Source: an uncultured Verrucomicrobiae bacterium (GTDB lineage: Bacteria > Verrucomicrobiota > Verrucomicrobiia > Chthoniobacterales > Chthoniobacteraceae). Taken from it: a stretch of 64,000 nt of DNA. Below are positions 40,136-49,863 of the stretch, piece by piece. Positions within the stretch are counted from its first letter, which is position 1, and every line of letters begins with the position of its first letter. Both the position numbers and the translations under genes were made by a program. Below the pieces are notes generated by a model. That model saw only the letters and a program-made list of their open reading frames with translations, did no database searches and was not told the origin of the DNA. The DNA is taken from contig CAWIKF010000002.1 in assembly GCA_963836755.1 (NCBI GenBank), positions 160,001 through 224,000 on the forward strand, given 5' to 3'.

Positions 40136-40531
40136 ATGGGAAACAAACTCTACATTGGCAACCTGCCATTCAACGCGACTGAAACCGACTTGCAAGACCT
40201 GTTCGCACAGGCTGGGCCCGTCAGCGAGGTGATGCTGATGCAGGATAAATTCACCGGAAAATCGCGCGGATTCGCATTCGTCACCATGGCGAGCGAAGCC
40301 GATGCGCAAGCGGCGATCACACAATTCAACGGCAAACAATTTGAAGGCCGCGCACTCACAGTCAACGAAGCTCGTCCTCGCGAGGAACGCAGCGGCGGTG
40401 GCGGTGGCGGTGGCGGTTATCGCGGCGGCGGTGGTGGGGGCGGAGGAGGCGGACGCGGCGGTTATGGCGGCGGCGGTGGTGGGGGCGGACGTGGAGGCGG
40501 CGGCGATCGTCGCGACTCGCGCCGTTACTAA
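40136..40531 (+). CDS. RRM RNA-binding protein with glycine-rich tail
   Basis: KLYIGNL (RNP2), RGFAFVTM (RNP1), VNEARPRE, GGG/RGG tail. Confidence 0.95.
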   Translation: MGNKLYIGNLPFNATETDLQDLFAQAGPVSEVMLMQDKFTGKSRGFAFVTMASEADAQAAITQFNGKQFEGRALTVNEARPREERSGGGGGGGGYRGGGGGGGGGGRGGYGGGGGGGGRGGGGDRRDSRRY

Positions 40532-40551
40532 ACCGGAACTTCGAACGATTT

Positions 40552-40587
40552 AAAAAAGCGCGGCGTGTTCAGCACGCCGCGCTTTTT
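40552..40587. terminator. Bidirectional intrinsic terminator
   Basis: AAAAAA-GCGCGGCGTG-ttcag-CACGCCGCGC-TTTTT between convergent genes. Confidence 0.88.
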
Positions 40588-41380
40588 AACGTCCGAAAAA
40601 CCACCAGCCGTGCCGCGCTGGTGGATTGGATGAGGCGATTTGCTCGGCGGGTTGAGCGTGAGCGACATGTGCAATCGGACGCGCGGATCTCCTAACGACA
40701 GGCCTCGGCGGCGGCGTTCCAAAAACGTGAACGATCGAACCGACCTCGGCTGTAGCGTAAAATAACCGCGCTTTTGACGCCGGCATCCGCACGCATCCGT
40801 GCGACGCGGCGTAGCCAGGCAAAATCCCGGCATGCATGCCCGCCGCGCCGTCAAATCGCATGAAATATTTCATCGGCGCTGGCTTAAACATGCAGCCTTT
40901 CGGCACTGCCATGGCAGAATCGGCGCCGGAAATCACTACTCGTCCTGTCGCCTTCTCCACGATCTGCCCATAAAGGTTTGAAAAATGATTCGGATCTTTT
41001 TCCAGCACTTCGAAATCTCCGGTCGGCGTGAGATGTCCGACGCGACCGCTTGAGATTGGCGACTCGTAAACACGGTGGCCATCGTGCAGCAGATACGCTT
41101 TTTGTTCCCGCAAATCGATCTCGATGGAAATCGCCGACTTTGGCTTCGGCCGCGGCGTGGCAGCCGGTGTGGGCGGCGCGATATCGGTGGATAAAGGCGG
41201 AACGTTCGCCTGGTCCGTAGCGGGCGCGGTCTGTTCCGTCGGTTTCATCGGATTCGGCGGCGCGAAAGCGGCGGCGGGAGCTGGCGAAGAAATCGTGGCG
41301 GCGTCCTGCGAAAGTGCGCATGGACTCGCGCAGCAAATAAACCAAAACGCGACCCAGCGAAAACGAAGCGGATTTGGCAT
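40586..41380 (-). CDS. L,D-transpeptidase (YkuD family)
   Basis: IEIDLREQ, SPISSG, TPTG, MHAG..ASHGCVRMP, signal peptide. Confidence 0.9.
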   Translation of the reverse strand: MPNPLRFRWVAFWFICCASPCALSQDAATISSPAPAAAFAPPNPMKPTEQTAPATDQANVPPLSTDIAPPTPAATPRPKPKSAISIEIDLREQKAYLLHDGHRVYESPISSGRVGHLTPTGDFEVLEKDPNHFSNLYGQIVEKATGRVVISGADSAMAVPKGCMFKPAPMKYFMRFDGAAGMHAGILPGYAASHGCVRMPASKARLFYATAEVGSIVHVFGTPPPRPVVRRSARPIAHVAHAQPAEQIASSNPPARHGWWFFGR

Positions 41381-41461
41381 AAACGTCCAAAACCTTAACC
41401 AACGCAGCTCCAATTTGCAATTGTGCGCGACAAGCCTTGCCGATTTTGCCAAAACCCGCTG

Positions 41462-42130
41462 GTGACTATTTCCGAAAAAATCGACGGCGTGACGGTCGTC
41501 AATCACCCGCTTATTCGCGTGAAACTTACGCGACTGCGCGATCGGGACACCGCCTCGGAAGAGTTCCGCCGCGAGCTCCAGGAGCTGGCGACGCTGATGG
41601 CTTTTGAGGTTGCGCGCGATTTCCAAACGGAGCCAAAGCCTGTGTTGACGCCGCTTGGCGAGTGTGGCGGCTGTGTGCTCGCGCGACCGGTCATCGTCGC
41701 GCCAATCCTGCGCGCAGGATTATCGTTTGTTGACGGAATGTTAAACGTTCTGTCGGATGCGAGCGTCGGTCACATCGGCTTGTTCCGCGATGAGGAAACG
41801 CTGCGGCCGGTGAGTTATTATTTCAAACTCCCATCGCATCTCGCGGACGCGGAAGTGCTCGTGGTCGATCCGATGCTGGCGACTGGCTGGAGCGCGACCG
41901 CCGCAATCACGCAGTTGAAAGAAAGCGGCGCGCGGCATTTGCGCTTCGTCTGCCTCGTGAGCTGTCCGGCGGGCTTGAGCCAATTGCGCGGCGCGCATCC
42001 GGACGTGCCGGTTTTCACCGCCGCGGTCGATCCAGAATTGAACGAACGCGGCTACATCGTGCCAGGGCTCGGCGACGCGGGCGACCGTTACTTCGGAACT
42101 TTTTCCAAAGTGCCTCGCGCGGATTTGTAA
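41462..42130 (+). CDS. upp: Uracil phosphoribosyltransferase
   Basis: PILRAG, VDPMLATG, YIVPGLGDAGDRYFGT. Confidence 0.96.
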   Translation: MTISEKIDGVTVVNHPLIRVKLTRLRDRDTASEEFRRELQELATLMAFEVARDFQTEPKPVLTPLGECGGCVLARPVIVAPILRAGLSFVDGMLNVLSDASVGHIGLFRDEETLRPVSYYFKLPSHLADAEVLVVDPMLATGWSATAAITQLKESGARHLRFVCLVSCPAGLSQLRGAHPDVPVFTAAVDPELNERGYIVPGLGDAGDRYFGTFSKVPRADL

Positions 42131-43381
42131 AAATCCGCAAGCCCTGCTGCAACCGCGTCCGCGTATTCCCGGTAAAGACTTTTACGCGACACGCCATCGA
42201 CCATTTTTTCGCCGTCATAATCGCCTAGCTGCACACGCTGCCAGACACTCGGACTGTTCATCACGTAAGGCTCGATGTAGACGACAGGGCAGCTGTAGAG
42301 CCGATTCGCGAGGAGATTGCGCGCCCAGACGTAAGGGTTCTGGCCGATGCGATGTGCATTTCCATTCGTGTATTGATAGGGCGGCAGCCCGGTCGCACTG
42401 GCAAGCGCGCTGGCGATGTGTTCGGCGGCCGGCAATTCTTCGCGATCGCTGCCGTTGAGCAGCTTCACGAGCATTTCGAAACGCACGTCGTCGAACGCCA
42501 GTTCCGCTGCGCTATACGATCCGTTAACAAGGAGATGCATATGATTTTTGTCCACGAGCGTTGGCTTTTTCGGATCACCCCAGCTTTCGGCGTTAAAGTG
42601 CAGACAGAGCACGATGTCCGGCTGAAGCTGGCGATTGACGAGCCGCGCGCGCTGCCGGATTTCCGCGGTGCGATAAAAAAGCAGCTCGCTCGTCCATTGG
42701 ATCGAGCTGAATTTCAGGGGATCAGATGCACCGGCGAAAGAGTCGTGAATCTCCGGCACATCCTGCCGTTTTAAATCTGCGATCGCCGCGTCGCGCAGAT
42801 CTTTGGGCCGCAAATTCGTCACCGGCTGCGCGCTGTCGCGCACGAAGGAAACTTTCGCGCCTTGCGCGCGCAACTGCGGCGCGAGCAATCGCGCCACGAG
42901 CAACGTCATGTCGCCTTCCGTCACCGCTTTCGTGTCAGCGCCGATCTGAAACCAGCGCTCTTCCATCTTTGCCCAGCGGCCGCCGAGATGCCCGGGATCG
43001 AGTGCCACAGAAACGCCTGCAAGCGGCTTCAATGCTGGCTTGCGGGCCGATGCGGGCGTCCAATAACGAGGCGAAATTCGCGGCGTTCCAGTTGCGAAAT
43101 ACAGTTCAAAAAAGCCGGTCGATGTCTTGATGATCGCGTCGTCGGAGTTGATTTTGATGAAGTCTTTCGCAGCATCATCTGGTGCATAAACATTGTTGAG
43201 CAGGCGCGCGAATTCGTCGTGCGTGATCGTTTTTTGAAACGCTTCGAGCCGCGACCAATCGGGCGGAGTTCCGAGCGTGCTGAGATTCGCCGCCGATCGC
43301 GTGCGCGAGGGAAACAACCAGCATCGCGAAGCCGCAGGCGCATGCTGTTTTCAAAAATCTCGCGAGGCCGGATCGCTGCAT
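42088..43381 (-). CDS. N-acetylmuramoyl-L-alanine amidase (Amidase_3-like); apparent frameshift after the signal peptide
   Basis: VALDPGHLGG, EGD, CLHFNA, YIEPYVMN. Signal peptide MQRSGLARFLKTACACGFAMLVVSLAHA (ATG 43381) is in a different frame from the body. Confidence 0.7.
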
Positions 43382-43430
43382 CAAAAAATCGAGTGCGTCG
43401 CCACCACCCTCCATTTATAAATCAGCAAAG

Positions 43431-44243
43431 ATGCTGAAGATACTTTTTCTTGGCGACATCATCGGCGAGCCGGGACGCCGCGCCGTCATTGAGACCGTGC
43501 CGGTTTGGAAGAAGGAGCGCGGCATCGATTTTGTCATCGTGAATGGCGAAAATTCCGCGGGCGGGCGCGGGATCACGCCGAAAATTTCGATCGATTTGCT
43601 GCGCGCGGGCGTCGCGGTGATCACGACCGGCGATCACATCTGGGATCAAAAAGATGTCGTCTCTTACATCGATACCGAACCGCGCCTTTTGCGCCCGATC
43701 AATTACCCGGAACGCACGCCCGGCCATGGCTCGATTGTGCTCGAAACGCCGAAGGGAAAAGTGGGCGTCATCAACGTGCAGGGCCGAACTTTCATGCAGC
43801 CGATTTTGGAAAATCCTTTCCGGATCATGGAGCTGGCTGTCGCGAAAATGCGCGAGGAAACGCCGGTCATTTTTGTCGACGTCCACGCCGAAACCACGAG
43901 TGAAAAAATCGCGATGGGCCGCTTCCTCGACGGCAAAGTCAGCGCGGTCGTCGGCACGCACACGCACACGCAGACCGCAGACGAGCGCGTGTTTCCTGAG
44001 GGCACGGCGTTTCTCTGCGATGCGGGAATGTGCGGTCCGACGGAGTCGATTTTGGGACGCGAGATTGATCCGATCGTCGCGCGCTTCATCACGAATCTGC
44101 CGGTGAATTTTCCAGTCGCGAAAGGTCCGGTGAAACTTTGCGGTGCGCTCATCGAAATTGATGAAACGACTGGGCGCGCACTTTCCATCACACGCGTCGC
44201 GGAACTTTTTGAGCCTGCGGAATACCCGGCTCCACAAAAATAA
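43431..44243 (+). CDS. YmdB/TIGR00282 metallophosphoesterase
   Basis: FLGDIIGEPGR, NGENSAGG, TGDH, DVHAETTSEK, GTHTH, DAGMCG. Confidence 0.93.
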   Translation: MLKILFLGDIIGEPGRRAVIETVPVWKKERGIDFVIVNGENSAGGRGITPKISIDLLRAGVAVITTGDHIWDQKDVVSYIDTEPRLLRPINYPERTPGHGSIVLETPKGKVGVINVQGRTFMQPILENPFRIMELAVAKMREETPVIFVDVHAETTSEKIAMGRFLDGKVSAVVGTHTHTQTADERVFPEGTAFLCDAGMCGPTESILGREIDPIVARFITNLPVNFPVAKGPVKLCGALIEIDETTGRALSITRVAELFEPAEYPAPQK

Positions 44244-44260
44244 ACGGCGTCGAAATTCAG

Positions 44261-44839
44261 CTACCGCGAGTCGAGCAGCGCCCTGTTTTTCCAAAGATAG
44301 CCGGCGCCTGAAATCAAAGTTAGCGCGATCGTGATGGTGATCAAAGTCGCGCCGCCATCAAACCAGGCAGCGAGATACCACGCGGGCGCCGCCGTTTTCC
44401 AGCGCCACAGCTCTTTGAGCGAAAGGAGCGCGAGAAAGTAGATGACGGTCGCGATTTGCCAGCCGGTTTTGTGTTTGCCGAGCGCTTCCGCCGCGAGCAC
44501 GCTGCCGCGCGAGAGTGCCAGCAGCCGCAGGCCGGTGATGAGAAACTCGCGGCTGATGATGATGACGACTGCCCACGCGGGAATCGCGCCCAAAGGAACC
44601 AGGCAGATGTATGCGGCGGCCATCATGATTTTGTCGATGAGCGGATCCATCAATTTTCCAAAATCGGTGACGAGCGAATAGCGTCGCGCAACCATGCCAT
44701 CGGCATAGTCGGTCACGCCCGCGAGGACGAAAAGAAAAAGCGCAAGTGTCTTGCAATACGGAAATCCGCAGCTCAACGCGGCGACGAAAAATAGCGTCAG
44801 AAAAAATCGCGCGGCAGTAAGCCGGTTCGCCAGGTTCAT
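44261..44839 (-). CDS. pgsA: CDP-diacylglycerol--glycerol-3-phosphate 3-phosphatidyltransferase
   Basis: MNLANRLT, TDYADGMVARR..TDFGKLMDPLIDK, SREFLITGLR, GKHKT. Confidence 0.92.
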   Translation of the reverse strand: MNLANRLTAARFFLTLFFVAALSCGFPYCKTLALFLFVLAGVTDYADGMVARRYSLVTDFGKLMDPLIDKIMMAAAYICLVPLGAIPAWAVVIIISREFLITGLRLLALSRGSVLAAEALGKHKTGWQIATVIYFLALLSLKELWRWKTAAPAWYLAAWFDGGATLITITIALTLISGAGYLWKNRALLDSR

Positions 44840-45037
44840 CGATGAGACTTTTACGCGCCGAAGATTCGAATTTTGGGAAAAAGAGACAACATGCAGCGCG
44901 GGGAATTGCGACCTAAGATTCGGAGCGAAAGTTCGGCGCGAGCGCCGCTTCCGGGGAAAACACGTTTGCCACAGCTTTAAGTTCCAGATAGCGTCGGTTC
45001 CCTCAATTCCCAAATCCAAAAACTCAATTTTATTCCA

Positions 45038-46450
45038 ATGAAACAATGCGACATCGGTTTGATCGGGCTCGCCGTAATGGGCGAAAATCTCGTGCTCAAC
45101 ATGGAAAGCAAAGGCTTTTCCGTCGCCGTTTATAACCGCACTACGGCCGTCACGGAAAAATTTGCGGCCGAGCGTGCGAAGGGCAAAAACATTGTGGCGA
45201 CGAAAACGATGGATGAATTCGTCGGCGCGCTTTCACACCCGCGCAAGGCGATGATCATGGTCAAGGCGGGCGCGCCCGTCGATGCGGTGATCGACCAGCT
45301 CGTGCCGCTTTTGGAAAAAGGCGACGTCATCATCGATGGCGGCAATTCGCTTTTCACCGACACGCAGCGCCGCTGCAAAGAGCTCGAGGCGAAAGGAATT
45401 CACTTCGTCGGCTGCGGCGTTTCCGGCGGCGAGGAGGGCGCGCTCAAAGGTCCGTCGATGATGCCCGGCGGCTCGCGCGAATCGTGGGAAATCGTCGCGC
45501 CGATTTTTACAAAAATCGCCGCGCAGGTCGACGGCGTTGCGTGCTGCAAATACATGGGCGCCGATGGCGCGGGCCATTACGTGAAGATGGTGCACAACGG
45601 CATCGAATATGGCGACATGCAGCTCATCTGCGAAGCCTACGCGATTTTGAAAGATTTGCTCGGCCTCGAAGCGAAGGAGCTCGCAGAGATTTTTACCGAG
45701 TGGAATGCCGGCGAACTCAACAGCTACCTCATCGAAATTACGTCGCAAATTTTCAAGAAGATCGATCCCGACACGGGAAAACCACTCGTGGACGTGATCC
45801 TCGACAAGGCCGGTCAAAAAGGAACCGGCATTTGGACGCTGCAATCGGCAATTAAACAAGCTGTTGTCATCTCGACGATCAACGCCGCCGTGGAAGCGCG
45901 TGTGATTTCCTCGCGAAAAAAAGATCGCGTCGAAGCGGCGAAAATCCTTCCAAAGCCTGCTGCCAAGCCATATGACGGGGATCGATCGAAATTGATCGAC
46001 GCCGTGCGCGATGCGCTTTACGCGTCAAAAATCGTGAGCTACGCGCAAGGAATGGAACTGCTCGCCGCAGCGAGCGTCGAGTCGGCGTGGGACCTGCACT
46101 TTGGCGACATCGCCACGATCTGGCGCGGGGGCTGCATCATCCGCGCGCAGTTTTTGAATCGCATCAAGGAGGCTTACGAACGCAATCCGCAGCTCAACAA
46201 TTTGCTGCTCGATCCGTTCTTCAAGGAAATCATCGAGAAGACGCAAGCCAACTGGCGCTTCGCCGTGGCGCAGGCCGTTGAGTCCGGGATCGCGGTCCCC
46301 GCCTTTAGCGCATCACTCGCGTATTTCGACAGCTACCGACAGGCGCGTCTGCCGTCAAATTTGTTGCAGGCGCAACGCGATTTCTTCGGCGCGCACACCT
46401 ACGAGCGCGTAGACAAGCCGGGCGTTTTCCACACCGAGTGGCTGCAATAG
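45038..46450 (+). CDS. gndA: NADP-dependent 6-phosphogluconate dehydrogenase
   Basis: [38 protein letters not shown]. Confidence 0.97.
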   Translation: MKQCDIGLIGLAVMGENLVLNMESKGFSVAVYNRTTAVTEKFAAERAKGKNIVATKTMDEFVGALSHPRKAMIMVKAGAPVDAVIDQLVPLLEKGDVIIDGGNSLFTDTQRRCKELEAKGIHFVGCGVSGGEEGALKGPSMMPGGSRESWEIVAPIFTKIAAQVDGVACCKYMGADGAGHYVKMVHNGIEYGDMQLICEAYAILKDLLGLEAKELAEIFTEWNAGELNSYLIEITSQIFKKIDPDTGKPLVDVILDKAGQKGTGIWTLQSAIKQAVVISTINAAVEARVISSRKKDRVEAAKILPKPAAKPYDGDRSKLIDAVRDALYASKIVSYAQGMELLAAASVESAWDLHFGDIATIWRGGCIIRAQFLNRIKEAYERNPQLNNLLLDPFFKEIIEKTQANWRFAVAQAVESGIAVPAFSASLAYFDSYRQARLPSNLLQAQRDFFGAHTYERVDKPGVFHTEWLQ

Positions 46451-46478
46451 CCACGCGCTAAAACGGACAACTTCCGAG

Positions 46479-46610
46479 CTAATAGGCTTGGATCGTCCGG
46501 CTCTCGGTCGTCGTCGTGGTCGTCTGCGCGGGCTGCGGTTCATCGTGGGCACAGCCGGTGCACCAAACCAACGCCGCCGCGGACAAACTGAGGATGAGGA
46601 TTCTTTTCAT
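46479..46610 (-). CDS. 43-aa small lipoprotein
   Basis: MKRILILSLSAAALVWCTGC lipobox-like signal followed by a Thr-rich tail. Confidence 0.6.
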   Translation of the reverse strand: MKRILILSLSAAALVWCTGCAHDEPQPAQTTTTTTESRTIQAY

Positions 46611-46704
46611 AGTCTTCCTCTTTCGCGGTGGCGCGGCGAATTGAGTGTATGACGCGTGGCAGGCAGGCAGTTTGAACAAACGCATGCGCATGTTAAATGT
46701 GGTG

Positions 46705-48555
46705 ATGCGAAAAATTCTCCTACTGCTGGCGGCGCTTTTGTTTTTCGGCAGAGCAGGAGAATCGCAGATCTACGAAGGGCGCGAGCTCGTCCGTGCGTCG
46801 CTCATCGCAGATGTGGACGCCATTGTGCCCGGCAAAAAATTCACCGTCGGGCTGCTGCTCAAAATGGAGCCGGACTGGCACACTTATTGGCAATATCCCG
46901 GGGACGCGGGCATGCCCACGCGCATCGATTGGGATCTGCCACCGGGCTTTCGTGCTGACGCGATCCAATGGCCGCTGCCGGAAAAGGTCGTCGAGCCCGG
47001 CGATCTCTGGACCTACGCGTATCGCGACGAAGTCTTGCTGCTCGTCGAGATCATGCCGCCGTCAAAAGTCCCCCAGAAAACAGTCACGCTCAAGGCGCAC
47101 GCTCACTGGCTCGTATGCGACAAAATCTGCGTCCCAGGCGATGCGGAGCTTTCGGTGCCACTGGCCGCCGCACCTGTAAACAAACCGGCTCACGAGGAAT
47201 TGTTTGCAAAGTATCGCCAACAAATCCCGCGAGTCGGCGCACCGTTCCAGTGGCACTGGGAAACGAAATCCGGCCAGGCGTTGCTCACGATTCACGGTGC
47301 GCAGCTAACTGATTTCTTTCCGCTGCCGCCGACACGCGCGACGGCTGATCACCCGAAAATGGCGACGGCCGGCGATGCGACCGTGATCACCATTCCCTTC
47401 AGCGCCGGCGCGCCAGATCAACTTTCCGGCGTGGCGGTCGTGGATGAGAACGGCGTGCACACCGGCTGGTTCATCGCTTCACAAACCTCAGCACCAGCCT
47501 CGGATCAATCAGTTAACGCTCCGTCAGCTTTTGGCAACACTTGGAAATTTTTGTTTTTCGGATTTATCGGCGGAGTAATTCTCAACGTGATGCCGTGCGT
47601 GCTGCCGGTGATCGCGTTGAAGATGTTTGGCTTCATCAAACAGGCCGGTGAATCGCACGCCAAAATTTTTCGGCTTGGTCTCGCATTTGTCGCCGGCATC
47701 TTTGTCTGGTTTCTGGCTCTGGCCGCCTTGATCGTCGGCTTTAAATCGGCGGGCCATGAACTGAACTGGGCCTTTCAATTTCAGCATCCGGCGTTTCTCG
47801 CCGGCATGGCCGTCATCATTTTTATTTTTGCGCTCAATCTGCTCGGCGTTTTTGAAATCGTGCTGCCGGGCACGACGCAGACTCACATCGCCGATCTTTC
47901 GGGACGCGAAGGCTACGGCGGTGCGTTTTTGCACGGCGTATTCGCGACACTCATGGCAACGCCTTGCACTGCACCATTCCTCGGCCCGGCTCTGGGTTTC
48001 GCGCTGGCGCAACCGCCGGCGATTGTGTTCGCCATGTTTGCAGCGATCGCGGCCGGCATGAGCGCGCCGTATTTCGTGCTGGCCATCAATCCGGGCTGGC
48101 TTAGTTTTTTGCCGAAGCCAGGCATGTGGATGGTGCGGGTGAAACAGACGATGGGAGTGCTGCTGCTGGGCACGGTCGCGTGGCTCGGGTGGGTGCTTTA
48201 CCAGCAGCATCAAATGAGGCATGAACCCTTCGCCCCCATTCTCGAAGCGGCTTTGAAAAAGGGTCGGCCGGTCTTTGTTGATTTCACCGCGGACTGGTGC
48301 GTGAACTGCAAAGTCAATGAACGGCTCGTCCTCAAGAGCGATCCGGTGCAGCGAGCGTTCCGCGACAACGACGTAATTTTTCTTCAGGCCGATTGGTCAA
48401 CGGGTGCGACGGACATCACCACGCTGCTAAAACATTTTGGTCGGGCCGGCGTGCCGCTCTACGTGCTTTATCCGGCTCACGGCGAGCCGATTGTGCTGCC
48501 GGAGGTGATCACCCAGCAAATCGTTCTGGACGCTCTGCAGGGCGCCGGAACGTAG
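46705..48555 (+). CDS. DsbD/ScsB-like thiol:disulfide interchange protein
   Basis: WHTYW and CDKIC N-domain, LNVMPCVLP and ATPCTAP TM cysteines, DFTADWCVNC thioredoxin. Confidence 0.9.
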   Translation: MRKILLLLAALLFFGRAGESQIYEGRELVRASLIADVDAIVPGKKFTVGLLLKMEPDWHTYWQYPGDAGMPTRIDWDLPPGFRADAIQWPLPEKVVEPGDLWTYAYRDEVLLLVEIMPPSKVPQKTVTLKAHAHWLVCDKICVPGDAELSVPLAAAPVNKPAHEELFAKYRQQIPRVGAPFQWHWETKSGQALLTIHGAQLTDFFPLPPTRATADHPKMATAGDATVITIPFSAGAPDQLSGVAVVDENGVHTGWFIASQTSAPASDQSVNAPSAFGNTWKFLFFGFIGGVILNVMPCVLPVIALKMFGFIKQAGESHAKIFRLGLAFVAGIFVWFLALAALIVGFKSAGHELNWAFQFQHPAFLAGMAVIIFIFALNLLGVFEIVLPGTTQTHIADLSGREGYGGAFLHGVFATLMATPCTAPFLGPALGFALAQPPAIVFAMFAAIAAGMSAPYFVLAINPGWLSFLPKPGMWMVRVKQTMGVLLLGTVAWLGWVLYQQHQMRHEPFAPILEAALKKGRPVFVDFTADWCVNCKVNERLVLKSDPVQRAFRDNDVIFLQADWSTGATDITTLLKHFGRAGVPLYVLYPAHGEPIVLPEVITQQIVLDALQGAGT

Positions 48556-48566
48556 CGAACAAAAAA

Positions 48567-48640
48567 TCGGGGCGACAGGATTCGAACCTGCGACCTCGTG
48601 GTCCCAAACCACGCGCTCTACCAAGCTAAGCTACGCCCCG
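48567..48640 (-). tRNA. tRNA-Pro(TGG), CCA not encoded
   Basis: CGGGGCG/CGCCCCG acceptor stem, anticodon arm CGTGG-TTTGGGA-CCACG, GGTTCGAATCC T-loop. Confidence 0.97.
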
Positions 48641-48776
48641 AATTACACTCGCGTTCTCCTGCACGCGGGTGGCTACTAACGCGGTTGTGGAGCGTCCTGG
48701 CAAGTTCAAACGGCGAGCGACCGCGGCACGCGCATGTCGATTTTTCAGCGGCATGTTATTTGCTCCGTTTGGCATT

Positions 48777-48941
48777 ATGAAATTATTCCGGCCTCTTCGC
48801 CGCCAAAGTTCGCGTAAGCCCTTCCGCTACGAGATCGTTTCTTGCGTGACGGCCACTGGCAAAAAAGTTCCCGCTATGTGGACCGGATACAACTGGTGGT
48901 CGGAGAGCGGCGAAATTGTCCCGGCGAATTGGCATCGGTAG
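48777..48941 (+). CDS. 54-aa hypothetical protein
   Basis: MKLFRPLRRQ...MWTGYNWWSESGEIVPANWHR*. Fills the gap before the regulator; no recognisable family. Confidence 0.35.
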   Translation: MKLFRPLRRQSSRKPFRYEIVSCVTATGKKVPAMWTGYNWWSESGEIVPANWHR

Positions 48942-49038
48942 ACTTCGCTAAGAGGTGGGAAGACTTAACAGCGGTTTTACTTTCGCTGATTTTCCTTGTC
49001 ATTGGAGTGGGCTCATGTAAACCCGTTCGATTAGGTTT

Positions 49039-49740
49039 ATGCGGCAAAATGTTTCTCCCGGGAATGGCACGTTAACGAGGCGGATATTGATCGTGGATGA
49101 TCATCCAATCTTTCGCAAAGGCATGATACAACTCATTGAAAACGAGAAGGATATGGCGGTCTGTGCCGAGGCTGAAACTGCTACGCAGGCTCTCGCAGCG
49201 ATTGTCGAGTTTAAGCCGAACATGGTGATTTTGGATGTCAACCTAAAAGGACCGAACGGGATCGACTTGATGAAATCCATCAAAAAGTCAGTCCCTGATT
49301 TGCCTGTGCTTGTGCTTTCCATGCACGACGAAGCTTTATTTGCCGAAAGGTCCTTCCGCGCAGGCGCCCGTGGATATGTGATGAAGCAGGAAGCTTCGGA
49401 GGAGGTTCTATGTGCGATTCGTAAAGTGCTTGCGGGTGAATTTTACGCGAGTCGTTCGATGAATCTCGAAGTCATTCTGCGATGCGCAAAGGGAGATGCG
49501 GGGTCGGAGTCTTCACCTGTCGATAAGCTAAGCGATCGGCAACTCGAAGTGATGCAGTTGATCGGGCGCGGACACGGCACCCGGCAGATTGCGCAGGCGT
49601 TGAGTTTAAGCGTGAAGACGATTGAAAGCCATCGCGCCAACATCAAAGAAAAGCTCCATATCAAGACGGCTCCAGAAATGACGCGGTTTGCGGTGGAATG
49701 GGTGACTCAGTCCTTTTACAGCAGCAGGGATTCAGGATAA
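49039..49740 (+). CDS. NarL/FixJ-family response regulator (REC + LuxR HTH)
   Basis: LIVDDH, ILD, VLSMHDE, GYVMK, LSDRQ..LSVKTIESHRANIKEKL. Confidence 0.93.
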   Translation: MRQNVSPGNGTLTRRILIVDDHPIFRKGMIQLIENEKDMAVCAEAETATQALAAIVEFKPNMVILDVNLKGPNGIDLMKSIKKSVPDLPVLVLSMHDEALFAERSFRAGARGYVMKQEASEEVLCAIRKVLAGEFYASRSMNLEVILRCAKGDAGSESSPVDKLSDRQLEVMQLIGRGHGTRQIAQALSLSVKTIESHRANIKEKLHIKTAPEMTRFAVEWVTQSFYSSRDSG

Positions 49741-49863
49741 GCCAGCGGTGGCACAAGGTTTGCTATGGAAGCGAATATGAGCTTGATCATTCCTCGACGA
49801 CGTTTGGACCATTTCCCTCTCCCAATTCCCGTTCGCAGATAAGCCAGCGACCTGTCTGACGCG

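Noticed and set aside
40393..40505. GGC/GGT microsatellite
   Set aside because: It simply encodes the glycine-rich tail of the RRM protein.
42088..42130. 43-bp convergent overlap of upp and the amidase
   Set aside because: Short 3' overlaps are common in compact GC-rich genomes, and there is no extra signal.
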